From Eledone cirrhosa (taxonomy: Eukaryota), in assembly GCA_964016885.1 (NCBI GenBank), contig OZ024750.1, forward strand, positions 35,092,001 through 35,156,000: DNA of 64,000 bases. Direction: 5' to 3'. This document shows positions 37,791 to 51,216 of this stretch, in pieces. Every line of letters starts with the position of its first letter. Position 1 is the first letter of the stretch. Position numbers and translations under genes: made by a program. Under the pieces are notes generated by a model that searched no databases, was not told the origin of the DNA, and was given only the letters and a program-made list of their open reading frames with translations.

Positions 37791-38322
37791 TGTAAAAAAA
37801 ATCATTACATAATGTAGTTTTGAAACAAAAACTATACTCTAAACGACACTTAAAATATTTAAATTTCATAAATGTATTCTTATACCCAATTTTTCTCTCA
37901 ACTAAATTCTTCTCCACTGTTCCTTCAGACCAACAAAACACATCCAGCACAACATGTTTGTCTTAGTTCCAATCTTCACATATTCTCTGTATTTAACATC
38001 CATATTGTTTCAATAAATTCATCCTTCCCTTTGTTTATAATGCAATAGATTCTCTCCCTTTATTAATTGTTGTTTTAGGGATCAGTCCAGATCCATAGTA
38101 GACATTAAATTGAACTCGTTAACTTTGAGTGCTCTAAATGTATGACTGTTGATTATTTTATTGGGCTGAAGGGAAAAGATAAAACCTTCTTCAACAAGAT
38201 TTAATCAGAGTTTTGTAAAATAATTCCATATTCAGATTTCTCTTGAGATAATACTGAACATAAATATCCCTTAACAACTTGAAAAGAATTTTGTAGGGGC
38301 ATTGGTAGACTACAAGCAAAAT

Positions 38323-38430
38323 GGTTAGATAACATCCATAAACTTGGTTGGTCTTGCTTGGGGATCCATCTGGATCAGTTAGAGATGGTTGCTTCTGATA
38401 GGAACCTCTGGAAGGCATGTCTAAGGACTA
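38323..38430 (+). mobile_element. RTE-c C-terminal scrap
   Basis: GRLQAKWLDNIHKLGWSCLGIHLDQLEMVASDRNLWKACLR. Confidence 0.6.
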
Positions 38431-38479
38431 TTTCTTTTCAAGAATAAGTAGGTTTTTCTTTAAAATGTCAACAGCTGTA

Positions 38480-38945
38480 TCAATTGGCAGAGTCATTAGA
38501 ACATCAAATAGAATGCTTTCTGGTATTTATTTCAGCTCTTTGCTCTCTGAGTTCAAATCAACTTTGCTTTTCATCTATTCTAGGTCAATAAAAGTAAGTA
38601 CCAGTCAAACACTGAGGTCAATTCTATCTCGCTACCTTTCTCTCACACACTCTATCCTTCTCTGGAAGAAATCTACTGTATTCAGACCTAAAGAGATGTA
38701 GTCTACCCCCGAAAAACACTGTGTCTCAATAACGCGCCCCAGCGACACATTCTTGGGAGTTACAAGACCATGCATACATGCATTAGTGTAGTTCAGCATT
38801 CCACAGACATATGTACCCTTAACAGACATGCATTCTCAGGAAGATTCAGCGTGACACAATGTATAACAAGGCTGCCACTTTGAATTACAGGTACAACTCA
38901 ATTTCCAGCTGAGTGAACTGTATCAAGATGAAATAAAGTGCCTTT
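38480..38945. mobile_element. M2 SINE (+, 38480-38780) and CORE-SINE 3' part (-, 38790-38945)
   Basis: M2 head and tail motifs; CAGCTGAGTGAACTG..GAAATAAAGTG is a CORE-like segment. Confidence 0.6.
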
Positions 38946-39877
38946 CTCTACACAATACATTTACCAAACATATTATTATTATTACATCAGAGTTTTGTTC
39001 ATCAGTTATACACTTTAGTTCTCTTTATGTTGGCAGGTTTATTACTTCAATACATGAAAAAGCAGGAGTTGAACATTAGTAATCAGAAATAGCTGAAAGC
39101 CTTTTTCTTTGTGATTCTTCTATATCTGTGGAACTCAATTGATTTATGTTCTTTACTTCTATCTGCTGTTCTCTGTACTAGCAGAGTTCATTGTCTGCAT
39201 TACTAGATTTTTACATCACATAAATCTATAGCTTTAATATCTCTGGCCAATAAAATCTTCATAAATACCATCCACAGGCAATTTGTTTTCTCTTGAAAAT
39301 AATCATTTTCATTACAACTCTAATCCCTTTTCTCATATTTCTCTTTACTGTTTTATTTATTATTTTTTATTTTTGCTGCTTTTGAACTTGCTATCTTATT
39401 AAACTTTCAACAGATATTAAGTCAGTAGTATACTACCCACACACTCACCCATACACATACCCATACACACACACGCACACACACATACACGTATATATAT
39501 ATATATGTGTGTATATAAATATGTATGTGTGTATGTATGTGTTTATATATATATGTATGTGTATACATATATATGTATGTGTAAACACACACATATATAT
39601 ATATATATACACACATACATATGTATATATACACACACACACACACATACCCCATTCCCTTCCTCCTACAAAACATTCAACAGTTACATTCAGTATAACT
39701 AGCAGTGATAGTTTATTAAATCCAACTGAAATTCTATTATGTAATGACACGTTCCTTACTCCAGTAAAGATGTTACAACATATTTGCCCTTTATTTATTC
39801 TTAAAATCTGTGTATATATGTGTATGTGTGTGTATGTGAGTATCAATGTGTGTGTCTATATCTGTGTGTATGTGTGT

Positions 39878-40082
39878 GAAGGCGCATGGCGTTGGGTTTA
39901 CAATCGTGAGGTTGTAAGTTCAATTCTTGGACCGGGCTTTGTGTTATGTTCTTGAGCAAGACACTTTATTTCACTTAGCTGTAGAAATAAGTTGTGATGT
40001 CGCTGGTGTCAAGCTGTATCAGCCATTGCCTTTCCTTTGAACAACATCGATGGCATGAAGAGGGGAGGCTGGTATGTATTAG
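39878..40082 (+). mobile_element. tRNA-CORE SINE (same family as 35428), 3'-truncated by a minisatellite
   Basis: GAAGGCGCATGGC..GTTCTTGAGCAAGACACTTTATTTCAC..GGTGTCAAGCTGTATC. Confidence 0.75.
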
Positions 40083-42000
40083 CAACATAGTATATATACC
40101 CTGACATAGTATATATACACTGACATAGTATATATACACTGACATAGTATATATACCCTGACATAGTATATATACACTGACATAGTATATATACACTGAC
40201 ATAGTATATATACCCTGACATAATACATATACCCTGACATAGTATATATACACTGACATAGTATATATACACTGACATAGTATATATACCCTGACATAGT
40301 ATATATACCCTGACATAGTATATATACTACCTAAGTGTGTATATATACTATCTCAGTGGGTATATACTATCTCAGTGTGTATACACGTCTCTAAAATTGT
40401 CAAGAGGGCCGAGGGTGTCTTAGCATCACTCAGCAAGACCTTTGTCAGCCGCTCTCCAGATATCTATTTAAGGCTGTACATGGCTATGGTGCGACCACAC
40501 TTAGAATTTGCATCACCAGTCTGGAACCCCTATCTTGCTCAGAACATTGACCGCCTGGAAACTGTTCAGAGATGTGCAACCAAGCGAATACCCTCCATCA
40601 GGCATCTACCATACTCTGAGCGCCTTGCTTCCCTGGGCATGGATACATTGAAATTCCGACGCCTGGCAACTGACTTGGTAAACACCCACAAAATTGTTAA
40701 CCATGTTGCCAACAACAACCCTGAGTACCTTTTTGTTTTCCATGTGTCTAACACACGTGGGCTTGCCCACAAAGTAAGAAAACAGCACAGTTCCCATGAC
40801 TTTCAGAAACATTTTTTCACGCTCAGAGTTGCTGAAGCATGGAACAAACTACCTGCATCAGTTGTTAGCTGTCGAGACACTGCATCCTTTAAGGCCTCCA
40901 TGCTTCCCGAGATCCGCCAACACTACAGCTAACACATACACACATGTACTTCCCTGACATTTGTGTATTATTCTATGTACTATACATACACCTTTGACGA
41001 GTTGTAGTGCACCTGAGCACTTTACACAATAATTTCATTATTATTCATTATTATTATTATACTATCTATGTGTGTGTATATACTATCTATGTGTGTATAT
41101 ACTATGTGTGTATATACTATCTCAGTGTTTATATACTATCTCAGTGTGTATATACTATCTATGCGTGTGTGTATATACTATCCATGTGTGTATATACTAT
41201 GTGTGTATATACTATTTCAATGTGTATATACTATCCCAGTGTGTATATACTATCTCAGTGTGTATATACTATCTATGTGTATATATACTATCTCAGTGTA
41301 TAACACTGATATAGTATATATACACTGACATTGTAGATATACATACTGACATTGTAGATATACATACTGACATAGTATATATACACTTATATAGTATATA
41401 TACCCTGACATTGTATATATATATATACACTGACATAGTATATATATACACTTAGGTAGTATATATATAAACATAGATAGTATATACACACTGAGATAGT
41501 ATATATACACTTATATAGTATATATACCCTGACATTGTATATATATATATACACTGACATAGTATATATATACACTTAGGTAGTATATATATACACATAG
41601 ATAGTATATATACACACATAGATTGTATATATACACACATATATAGTGTATATACACACATAGATAGTATATATACACACTGAGATAGTATATATACACA
41701 CATAGATAGTATATACACACTGAGATAGTATATACACACATAGATAGTATATATACACACTGAGATAGTATATATATACACATAGATAGTATATATACAC
41801 ACATAGATAGTATATATACACATAGATAGTATATATACACACATAGATAGTATATATACACACATAGATAGTATATATACACATAGATAGTATATACACA
41901 CTGAGATAATATATATACACACATAGATAGTATATATACACACTGAGATAGTATATATACACATAGATAGTATATATACACACTGAGATAGTATACACAC
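40083..42000. repeat. 20-22-bp minisatellite with an inverted central block containing a CR1
   Basis: CTGA(C/G)ATAGTATATATACAC at 40083-40325 and 41303-42000; reverse-complement units at 40326-40383 and 41058-41300. Confidence 0.85.
40384..41060 (+). mobile_element. CR1-type LINE 3' fragment, open frame to 40932
   Basis: VRPHLEFASPVWNPY..LETVQRCATKRIP..RRLATDL..HFFTLRVAEAWNKLP; same family as 25147. Confidence 0.92.
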
Positions 42001-42015
42001 TTATATAGTTACATC

Positions 42016-42846
42016 CAGGGGTATAACCAAGGAAAATAGCCCCTATGGCCAGCAGTGAAATTATTTTTACCTATGGACCTAATAATTTATATAAATGGTT
42101 TAACTCTATATATACTATTATATTTTCATGGTAAAGGCTTTACCTCACATAATATCTCACATAACATTTACATTACTCTATATATACTATATTTTCACAG
42201 TAAAGGCTTTACCTCACATAATATCTCACATAACATTTACATTACTCTATATATACTATATTTTCACAGTAAAGGCTTTACCTCACATAATATCTCACAT
42301 AACATTTACATTACTCTATATATACTATATTTTCACAGTAAAGGCTTTACCTCACATAATATCTCACATAACATTTACATTACTCTATATATATACTATT
42401 ATATTTTCATGGTAAAGGCTTTACCTCACATAATATCTCACATAACATTCACATTACTCTATATATACTATTATATTTTCATGGTAAAGGCTTTACCTCA
42501 CATAATTATCTCACATAATATCGAATCTATGAGATTTTGAAGGTACTTATTTTGAGAACAATACCTTAACATCAGTTTGAGTGACCAGTTATAGCCAGTT
42601 TCAACAGAAAGAGGTAGAGAATTCTGGCCGGTTTGAACATTAAAGGGTTAATGATCCAGCCACTATAGTGTTGTCACCCATGATAATCAGACATCTGAAG
42701 GAGTTTCTTTTTTCACTCTCCAATGAGGCATATTTGACTTTAATAGAACGTGCTGCTAGTCCAAGTGGCGCCCCCTCCATGTGGAGCCCCTTTCGTGTGG
42801 AGCCCATGACATGTGCCATGCTTGCCATACCCTAGTTAAGCCTCTT
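42016..42846. mobile_element. hAT-like MITE with a nested P1 MITE (42100-42650) holding six 69-74-bp internal repeats
   Basis: CAGGGGTATAAC..GTTAAGCCTCTT ends, flanks GTTACATC and GTTACAGA (degenerate 8-bp TSD). The P1 end TAAAGGGTTAA is at 42650. Confidence 0.65.
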
Positions 42847-42894
42847 GTTACAGACCTAGGCAGAATTACTGATGTTACTAACACATTATGCATG

Positions 42895-43447
42895 TATATG
42901 ATAGTGCACATACTTAAATATGGAATGTTATGCGATGGGGCCCTCCCACAGCCCCGGTGGACAGGATGGAGAAGGCGTTTCCCTGGAGGACAGCAAGGGA
43001 GATGAACTGGAAGAGCCACTCCAACTTGCGGGGTTCACACCTGCAGCTGGCCAGCTCAGCGCCTATGGTGGTGAGTAGGGCGGTAGCCCTAGGGCCGAGG
43101 ACACCAGAAGTCTCCACTGCCCCCTGTGAGAGCGACCGGTATTTGAGGAGTTTGGCCTCCTCAGCCCGACGTGCAGCAGAACCTGGGTTATTCGCAGACT
43201 GCACCAGGTTGCGGCTACAGAAAGTGTCAGTGCATGTGGCATCCCAGACGAGGGGTTTGCCACCGCAGAATGGGAAGATGGTCATGCCATCTGGCCTTTT
43301 TGCCGACCCCTCGGTCCAGCCCCACCGGCTCGAGCTGGGAAGGGAAGCCCACAGCAAGCATCCAAGCCATGCTTTATGACCTCATTGAGGGTAGCATGGC
43401 GTGGAAGACGGCCGGCACTGTGGCGACAGGAAAGCAGGTGGAGACCA
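42895..43447 (-). mobile_element. CRE-type non-LTR retrotransposon 3' fragment (Zn-knuckle end plus restriction-like endonuclease)
   Basis: HLLSCRHSAGRLPRHATLNEVI..LEP..KRPDGMT..PLVWDATCTDT..AEEAKLLKY..AVETSGVLG..ISLAVLQGNA, a PD-(D/E)xK RLE signature. Confidence 0.85.
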
Positions 43448-44972
43448 ACATATATAGTATACAGAGTTTGAATGGTTCACCAAAGCTATTAAGCTAGGTT
43501 TGGTATATGGCAACATCTGTTGTAATGTAACACTGATTGTTTTAGGGTGAAATTAGAAGGTGGTTGATATTTCTAAAATTAAATTTATACCATTGATATA
43601 AATTTAACTTATATATATATATAAGATGAAGATTATATGATATTTTATGGAATATTAGTATATATGGAATTATAGAAGGCTGCTAAAAGACATTTTTATC
43701 AATAAAATAATATTTTAAAATTAGCATTAATATTTATCCTTATAAAACATGTAACATAAGCACAATCTACTGAAAATCCCTAACAGGAGAGAGAGAGAGG
43801 AGGGGAGAGTATACAAAGGGAGGGAGGATAGAGAGAGAGTATAAAAAGGGAGAAAGAAGGAGAGAGAGAGATACTGGTTGTATCATGTGATCTGATGTAA
43901 ACCAATATTTTTACAGCTAATTATTTGAAGTTCTTCTATAGCTCCAAGGCCAATCATATTTGTATTATTTCTCTCAGTTGATTTCGTAATTATGATCATT
44001 TTACCTTACTAAAGCAAAAGAAAATGATAGAAAACACATTTTCTCTTTCTCTTTCATATCTTCAAACAAATTTCTGATATATTCAACGAAAAAACAAAAA
44101 CAAAAACATATCAATGTCTTTGTCATATAGTCTTATATTATCGAAAGAATTTGTCAACCATTAGAGTTATGAATATTTTTTGTGAAAATGTTAAAATATT
44201 TTAGTATTTAATTTAGGTATTCTGTATGATTTCCATGGAGGAAATTATACTTTACAATATTTCAGTTCATGCAAATTTTGTTCTTTTTTTCCAAAAGAGA
44301 AAACAACATTATGTTGTTTATTGATTATGTTTTCTAGGTTAGAAAGTAGTGAGATTTACAGATTTTCACTCTCTATACTTCGTATTTTGTTTCAATTATT
44401 TTCAATTTATAATCTACTCAGTGTATTTGTTAACATTTTCCATATGAAAGGTTTTGTAATTCAAAAGTTGTTTCATCAAATAATTCTAATTCTTTCTAAA
44501 ATGCAATTTAAATTGGCCATTTTTTAAAATTATTTTTCTTTTCTCTCCATGATTTAAAAGATTACAATATAAGATTAAAAATAATTTCTGTGAAGAACAT
44601 ACAAGAATATAAATTGAATTAGAAATGCAGCTAATTCTGCTAGTCATTTGCATTGGCTTTCAGTAACAAAGAAATTAATACTTGACAAGCTAGCTTAGCA
44701 GCAAGTCAATGTATTCTTTATATTTCTCTCATATGTACAGCATTATTCAGCAAGTGTGTTCAAATATATGTAGAGACTTAAACACACATTAGACACAAAT
44801 TCCACAATTTTATATAAAGGTTTGCATAGTAGTATCAGATTTGTAACAGTATTTGATTGTATTATAAAAATATAGGATAACTGAAACGTGAGGAAAAGAT
44901 GTAAGGCTATGAAAGCTGGCTTTGAAAAGAACTAATGGAATTTAAGTTGGTACCACCATTGACACAAACTCC

Positions 44973-45010
<38 letters not shown>

Positions 45011-45137
45011 TGTGTGAAATTTCATCTTTGAATTCTTATTGGCATCTGAAAGATACTGTTACTAACATCTAAATTACAATGAACAACTATTATATTTACA
45101 CACACCCAGTGATACACACACATGGGATCATAGACAT

Positions 45138-45138
<1 letters not shown>

Positions 45139-45228
<90 letters not shown>
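45139..45228. repeat. (CA)n microsatellite
   Basis: Directly visible. Confidence 0.95.
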
Positions 45229-45229
<1 letters not shown>

Positions 45230-45339
45230 CTACAACTGTACCCAGCCTAGCTTGGATTCATTCATATCTGACATAAATACAATCACTTGAATTCCTTATA
45301 TTTGGGAAATATTGCTTTAAAAAGACACTAACATTCTTC

Positions 45340-46045
45340 ACTTGATAATGGTGGTTTACTCTGTCTTCTTGCATTCAAGATATTGGTAATTGTGGTTTAC
45401 TGAGACCTTGTTGCATTCATGCCACTATAAATATATTGGTTATGTGGTTCCCTCAGACATATTACATTGAAGCCACCATCACAAAGATATTTAAACAGTG
45501 GTTTATTCAGACTTGTTGCACCTTGTTGCATTCACGCCACTATGAATATATTGGTAATGGTAGTTTAGTGAGACTTGTTGTATCCAAGCCACCATAAATA
45601 TATTGGTAATGGTGGTTCCCTTAGACATATTACATTGAAGCCACCACCACAAACATATTTAAACAGTGGTTTATTCAGACTTGTTGCACCTTGTTGCATT
45701 CACGCCACTATGAATATATTGGTAATGGTAGTTTAGTGAGACTTGTTGTATCCATGCCACCATAAATATATTGGTAATGGTGGTTCCCTTAGACATATTA
45801 CATTGAAGCCACCACCACAAAAATATTTAAACAGTGGTTTATTCAGACTTGTTGCACCTTGTTGCATTCACGCCACTATGAATATATTGGTAATGGTAGT
45901 TTAGTGAGACTTGTTGTATCCAAGCCACCATAAATATATTGGTAATGGTGTTTCCCTCAGACATATTACAATGAAACCACCACCACAAAGATATTTAAAC
46001 AGTGGTTTATTCAGACTTGTTGCATCCAAGTCACCATGAAGATAT
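45340..46045. repeat. 168-bp higher-order repeat made of three 52-61-bp subunits, about 4 copies
   Basis: GGTG(G/T)TTCCC at 45611, 45779 and 45947. Each subunit reads ATATT..TGGT..AGAC..GCCAC. Confidence 0.9.
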
Positions 46046-46680
46046 TCAAATTGAACTTCATAAAAATGTATAAAATAAATGAAGAAATATAAAAACTAAA
46101 ATAAAAGTTTTATTCTAATGTATTTTCTAGGAAAAACATGCTGTTTTTGAAATACTGTACTAATTTACATAATTACTTTAAATGAACTGTTTCTAATCAA
46201 TACCATCTCCCAATGTTTATTGCAGTGCTTGAAGGTATAACATATTCTTAGTTCTTCCCAAAATATTGAAAATATCACAAATATGTACCATAGCCTATGA
46301 TCTGTTGGAAAAGCTGTGGCTGATGTAATGTTTCTGCTACCTGGGTATAGAACTGTGGCTTTACAACTTAGAATATACATACAGGCATATACACACACAC
46401 ATACACACATGTGTATGTGTGTGTGTGTATACATACATACTTATATACACATACAGAGACACTCACATACATACACACACATATTTACATATACATGGAA
46501 AGCAAAGCAGATGTTAAATGATGATTATTGAGTTATTTTAATCATTTTGATTATTTTAGCTCATTCGGTCATCGAGCAAAACTGATTAAAGTGGCCATCA
46601 CGCACACACATATACATATGAATATCTGTGTATATTTCATTATATATATACATATATAATGTGGTAGATATATATATATA

Positions 46681-46870
46681 AGGCAGTAGATTGGCAGTAT
46701 CGGTAGAGGGTCGGACGCCATGCTTTGACGCATAAAGTTACGGCCCTTGCCATTCTGAGTTCAAATCCCGCCGAGGTTAACTTTGCCTTTCATCCTTACG
46801 GGGTCTATAAAATAAAGTACCAGTAATGCACTGGGTAATTGCTGGCCTTGTGCCAATAGTAGAAACAATT
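46681..46870 (+). mobile_element. M1 SINE
   Basis: Matches the M1 consensus; (TA)n on both sides. Confidence 0.85.
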
Positions 46871-47309
46871 TTATATATATATATATATATATGATTATAT
46901 GTAAGTGTGTGTATTTGTGTATGTTTGTAAGTATGTTTGTATGCATGCATATATGTATATGTATATTTATGCATGTATATTTGAGCTATGTGTTTTGTTT
47001 TTAGACATTTAAACACACCTGGAGGGAGTTTTTGTATACTAATTGTATGGATAATCTCAGCTAATCAAAATAGTTCAGTTCACTATATTGCATTATACAT
47101 ATGAGAGCCTTGAACGGTTGAGTCAGATATTTCCGAGACATATTTTATAGCGTAACTTAATAGGTCAGTAACAAATCTTATAAATGTTTAGAATAGTTAA
47201 AGGGATTTGTAATCTCCCTTCCCCCTTTTCTGCTTCTTCCTATCTCACTCCTTCACTTCCAAACAAATAAACAGAATTAAAACATTGCTATCAACTAGTT
47301 CTTGAGTTA

Positions 47310-47904
47310 CACTGCTGTTACTGTTGTTGTTGTTGCTGTTGTTGCTGTTGTTGTTACTGTTGCTGTTGCTACTGTTGCTGTTGTTGTTACTGTTACTGTT
47401 GTTGTTGTTGTTGTTGTTACTGTTGTTGTTGCTGTTGTTGTTGTTGCTGTTGTTGTTACTGTTGCTGCTGTTACTGTTGTTGTTGTTGCTGTTACTGTTG
47501 CTGTTGTGTTGTTGTTGCTACTGTTGCTGTTGTTGTTACTGTTGCTGTTGTTGTTGTTGTTGTTACTGTTACTGTTACTGTTGCTGTTGTTGTTGCTGTT
47601 GCTGTTGTTACTGTTGTTGCTGTTGTTGTTGCTGTTGTTGTTGTTACTGTTGTTGTTGCTGTTTCTGTTGCTGTTGTTGTTACTGTTGTTGTTGCTGTTG
47701 TTGTTGCTGCTGTTACTGTTGCTGTTATTGTTACTGTTACTGTTGTTGTTGTTACTGTTACTGTTGCTGTTGTTGTTACTGTTACTGTTGCTGTTGTTGT
47801 TACTGTTACTGTTGCTGTTGTTGTTACTGTTGCTGTTGCTGTTGCTGTTGTTGTTGTTGTTACTGTTGTTGTTACTGTTGTTGTTGTTGTTGTTACTGTT
47901 ACTG
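47310..47904. repeat. (GTT/GCT/ACT)n trinucleotide satellite
   Basis: Directly visible. Confidence 0.95.
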
Positions 47905-47974
47905 TGCTGGGTGCTTTTTGCCATGTCTTTTACATGACCACTTTACAGTGTGGGCTGGGTGCTTTTTGTCATGA

Positions 47975-48436
47975 TGTTATATGATGCCTGTGTGAGATGC
48001 ACGATGCTGCATGGTAGTGAGACATGGGCGTGTGAGATGCACGATGCTGCATGGTAGTGAGACATGGGCAGCAACTGCAGAGGATATGCAACGGCTGGAG
48101 AGAAATGAAGCAAGCATGCTCCGTTGGATGTGCAATGTCAATGTACGTGAACGACCAAGCATAGATGAGTTGAGAAAGAAACTGGATATAAGATGGATAA
48201 GTAGTGGTGGTGTGCAGGAGAGAAGACTGAGATGGTATGGACATGTGATGCGCATGGAGGATGACCGATGAGTAAAGACCACGAAAAATATGGGCGGAGG
48301 TGGTGAGTGTTGACCTCAGATTGCTGAAACTCACGGAGGAGATGGTGAAGGACCGTGACAAGTGGAGAGATGCTGTGCTGAATAGGTCCCACCCTTTCAA
48401 GCAGGGAAAAGCGGACGTAAAATGACGATGATGATG
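47975..48436 (+). mobile_element. RTE-a 3' fragment with an internal duplication and a deletion
   Basis: TMLHGSETWAATAEDMQRLERNEASMLRWMC..RRLRWYGHVMRMEDDR, tail GCAGGGAAAAGCGGACGTAAAATGA. Confidence 0.88.
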
Positions 48437-48467
48437 ACCAACATGACCACTTTACAGTGTGATAAAC

Positions 48468-48515
<48 letters not shown>

Positions 48516-48527
48516 CACATACATAAA

Positions 48528-48640
48528 TACGGTGTCCCAAAAAATGTATACACACTTCAACAGAATTGTAATAAATATTGCCTGCTCAGGTAATCAAAAT
48601 GTTTATACATTTTTTTTTTGGGGGGGGGGGGGGGGCACTA
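48528..48640. mobile_element. Tc1/mariner-type MITE
   Basis: TA-CGGTGTCCCAAAAAATGTATACAC ... GTTTATACATTTTTTTTTTGGG(G)nCAC-TA inverted termini. Confidence 0.6.
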
Positions 48641-49394
48641 TATATATATATATGCATGCACACATATATGTATGTGTTGTTAAATAATCTTGTAATTCAT
48701 TATATTTAGATGAAAAAATAAATTTAAGAATATTTAAATTTATTTTAGCTTTCTATTTTTTATTTCAATATTTATTAGCTTAGCTTGTATATGGCTCTCT
48801 GAAAAAGAGAAGACAGATAAAAAAATATAATTGAATTGAAAATTAATAAAAGAACAATGATTTTTACCAAATCTCACTCATTATTTAATACAGCCGGAAT
48901 ATCTGGCTTCCTTTTCAAATGCATACTAATTCTGTCATCTTTGCTTTGTAAAAAGAAATTACTCTGGAATGATGTATCATCAATTATTAAAATACATTTT
49001 TCGAAAAATATCTATTTTGTACAAAAATCAATTTCGGCGGAGAAAAGCATTCTAAAAAAAAAAATACAATAAAAAAAAAATTTTTTAAATAAAAATTAGA
49101 AATTTATAATTTTATGTTGATAGCAATCTTAAAAATTCAAATAATTCATGACGAAATATAATTACAAAAACACAATAAAAAAAAACAAAAAAACAAAACA
49201 AGAAATAAAATAAAATAGAAACAAATGTTTTCGTTTCAAAGTACAATTTTATTATTGTTGTTGAAGACTAATCTGTCTGATATATACTTCATTACATTCT
49301 GCAAAGAAATGCATGACTGACTTAAACCAACATATTTTGGACTGTTGTTTTGTGGGGGTTTTCTTTTATTGCCAGTGAATATTGGTAATATAAT

Positions 49395-49776
49395 TCATCA
49401 TCATCATCATCATCATTATTATCTCCTTCATCATCATCATCATCATTATTATCTCCTCCATTATCACCATCATCATCATCATTATCTCCCTCGTGAGCAT
49501 CATCATCATCATCATCATCATCATCATTATTATCTGCTCCATCATCACCATCATCATCATCATTATCTCCCTCATGAGCATCATCATCATCATCATCATT
49601 ATCTCTCTCGTGAGCATCATCATCACCATCATCATCATTATCATCATCATCATTATCATCATCATCATCATTATCATCATCATCATTATCATCATCATCA
49701 TTATCACCACCATCATTGTCATTATCATTATCTCCTCCATTATCACCATCATCATCATCATTATCTCCCTCGTGAG

Positions 49777-49812
<36 letters not shown>

Positions 49813-49995
49813 TATCTCCCCCGTGAGCATCATCACCATCATCATCATCATGATTATCATCATCATCATTATCATCATCATCATTATCATCATCATCATT
49901 ATCATCGTCATCATTATCATTATCTCCTCCATTATCATTATCATCATCACCATCATCATTATCTCCTCCATTATCACTATCATCATCATCATCAA
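49395..49995. repeat. Compound (CAT)n satellite
   Basis: Directly visible; continuous with the tail of a minus-strand RTE. Confidence 0.95.
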
Positions 49996-49999
49996 CAAC

Positions 50000-50600
50000 A
50001 ATGTTTTATGTCTACTTTTCCATGAGTTAGATGTTACTTTTCCAGCCGATGGTCTCCCCACTCATCACACTCTTCCACCATCTCTTCTGTGAGTTTCAGC
50101 AATTTGAGATCGGATCAGTCCTTACAACCTCTGTCAAGGTCTTCCTTGGTTTCCCTCTACTGCAGCTTCCTTCCACAGGAATTTCTTGGCACTTCTTCAT
50201 GGTCATCATCATCCATATACTTCACATGTCCACACCAGTGCAGTTTTCTCTCCTGCATACTTCATCTGATTCCACTTATATCCAGCTTTTCTTTCAGCTC
50301 ATCAATGCTTCATTGTTCATGCACGTTAACATAGCTCATCCATTGAAGCCTGCTTGCATCGTTTCTTGCCAACCATCACATATCTTCAGCATCCACTGCC
50401 CATGTCTCACCTTCAGCATCCACTGCCCATGTCTCACCTTCAGCATCCACTGCCCATGTCTCACTACCATGCAACATTGTACATCACACACAAACATCAT
50501 GCAAATCAGCTTTTCATTCATGTAGCGAAAAACCTTTTGTTGTCAACTAAATAACTCCTTGAGCACTTCCCCATTCTCTTCTTATTCTAGCTGTTGTCAA
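50000..50600 (-). mobile_element. Decayed RTE-a-like fragment with a 30-bp triplication
   Basis: Reverse complement resembles 7000-7520 (MLHGSETWA, WYGHV-like, RKP motifs). CTTCAGCATCCACTGCCCATGTCTCAC occurs 3 times. Confidence 0.7.
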
Positions 50601-50667
50601 CTAAATAACTCCTTGAGCACTTCCCCATTCTCTTCTTATTCTAGCTATTAGTTTCTTAAAACAACAT

Positions 50668-51098
50668 TTAACCATTTTGTTACCAACCTGGCAAAAAAAC
50701 AGCTCTGGTTCTATGAAATAAAACCACCCATTTTAAAGGTTTCCAATTTAAATAAAAATCTTCCAACAAAATTTTATATAAGAACCTTACATTAGATTAC
50801 TATCTTAATAATGAAATAATTAATAATTTTAGTAAATCCTTCAAAATTCTTCATTAATTAATTAAAATAGACAGTATTTCATTTGAAATGTAGTCAAGAA
50901 AGGGTTAAACTTTTAGTTACCAACTCAGCCAAAACTGGCTCTGGTTTTATGAAATAAAACAATCCATTTTAAAGGTTTCAAATTTAAATAAAAATCTTCC
51001 AACATAATTTTATATAAGAACCTTAATGAAATGATTAATAATTTTAGTAAATACCTCAAAATAATATTTCATTAGAAAGACAGTCAAGAAAAGGTTAA
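50668..51098 (+). mobile_element. Tandem pair of piggyBac-type MITEs (family P2) sharing one TTAA
   Basis: TTAA at 50668, 50905 and 51095, AAAGGGTTAA-type ends. Relatives at 60884-61199 and 61392-61628. Confidence 0.7.
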
Positions 51099-51185
51099 TA
51101 CACCAGTAGAAGAAAATTTTGGGTAGATGATGATATTAGTATCAGTTAATAAATTAGAATAAGTACCATCCTGTCTGCCGGGGCT

Positions 51186-51216
<31 letters not shown>

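Noticed and set aside
47302-50092. Poly-L/C/N and poly-H/I/M ORFs
   Set aside because: Trinucleotide satellites; the (CAT)n block is continuous with an RTE tail.
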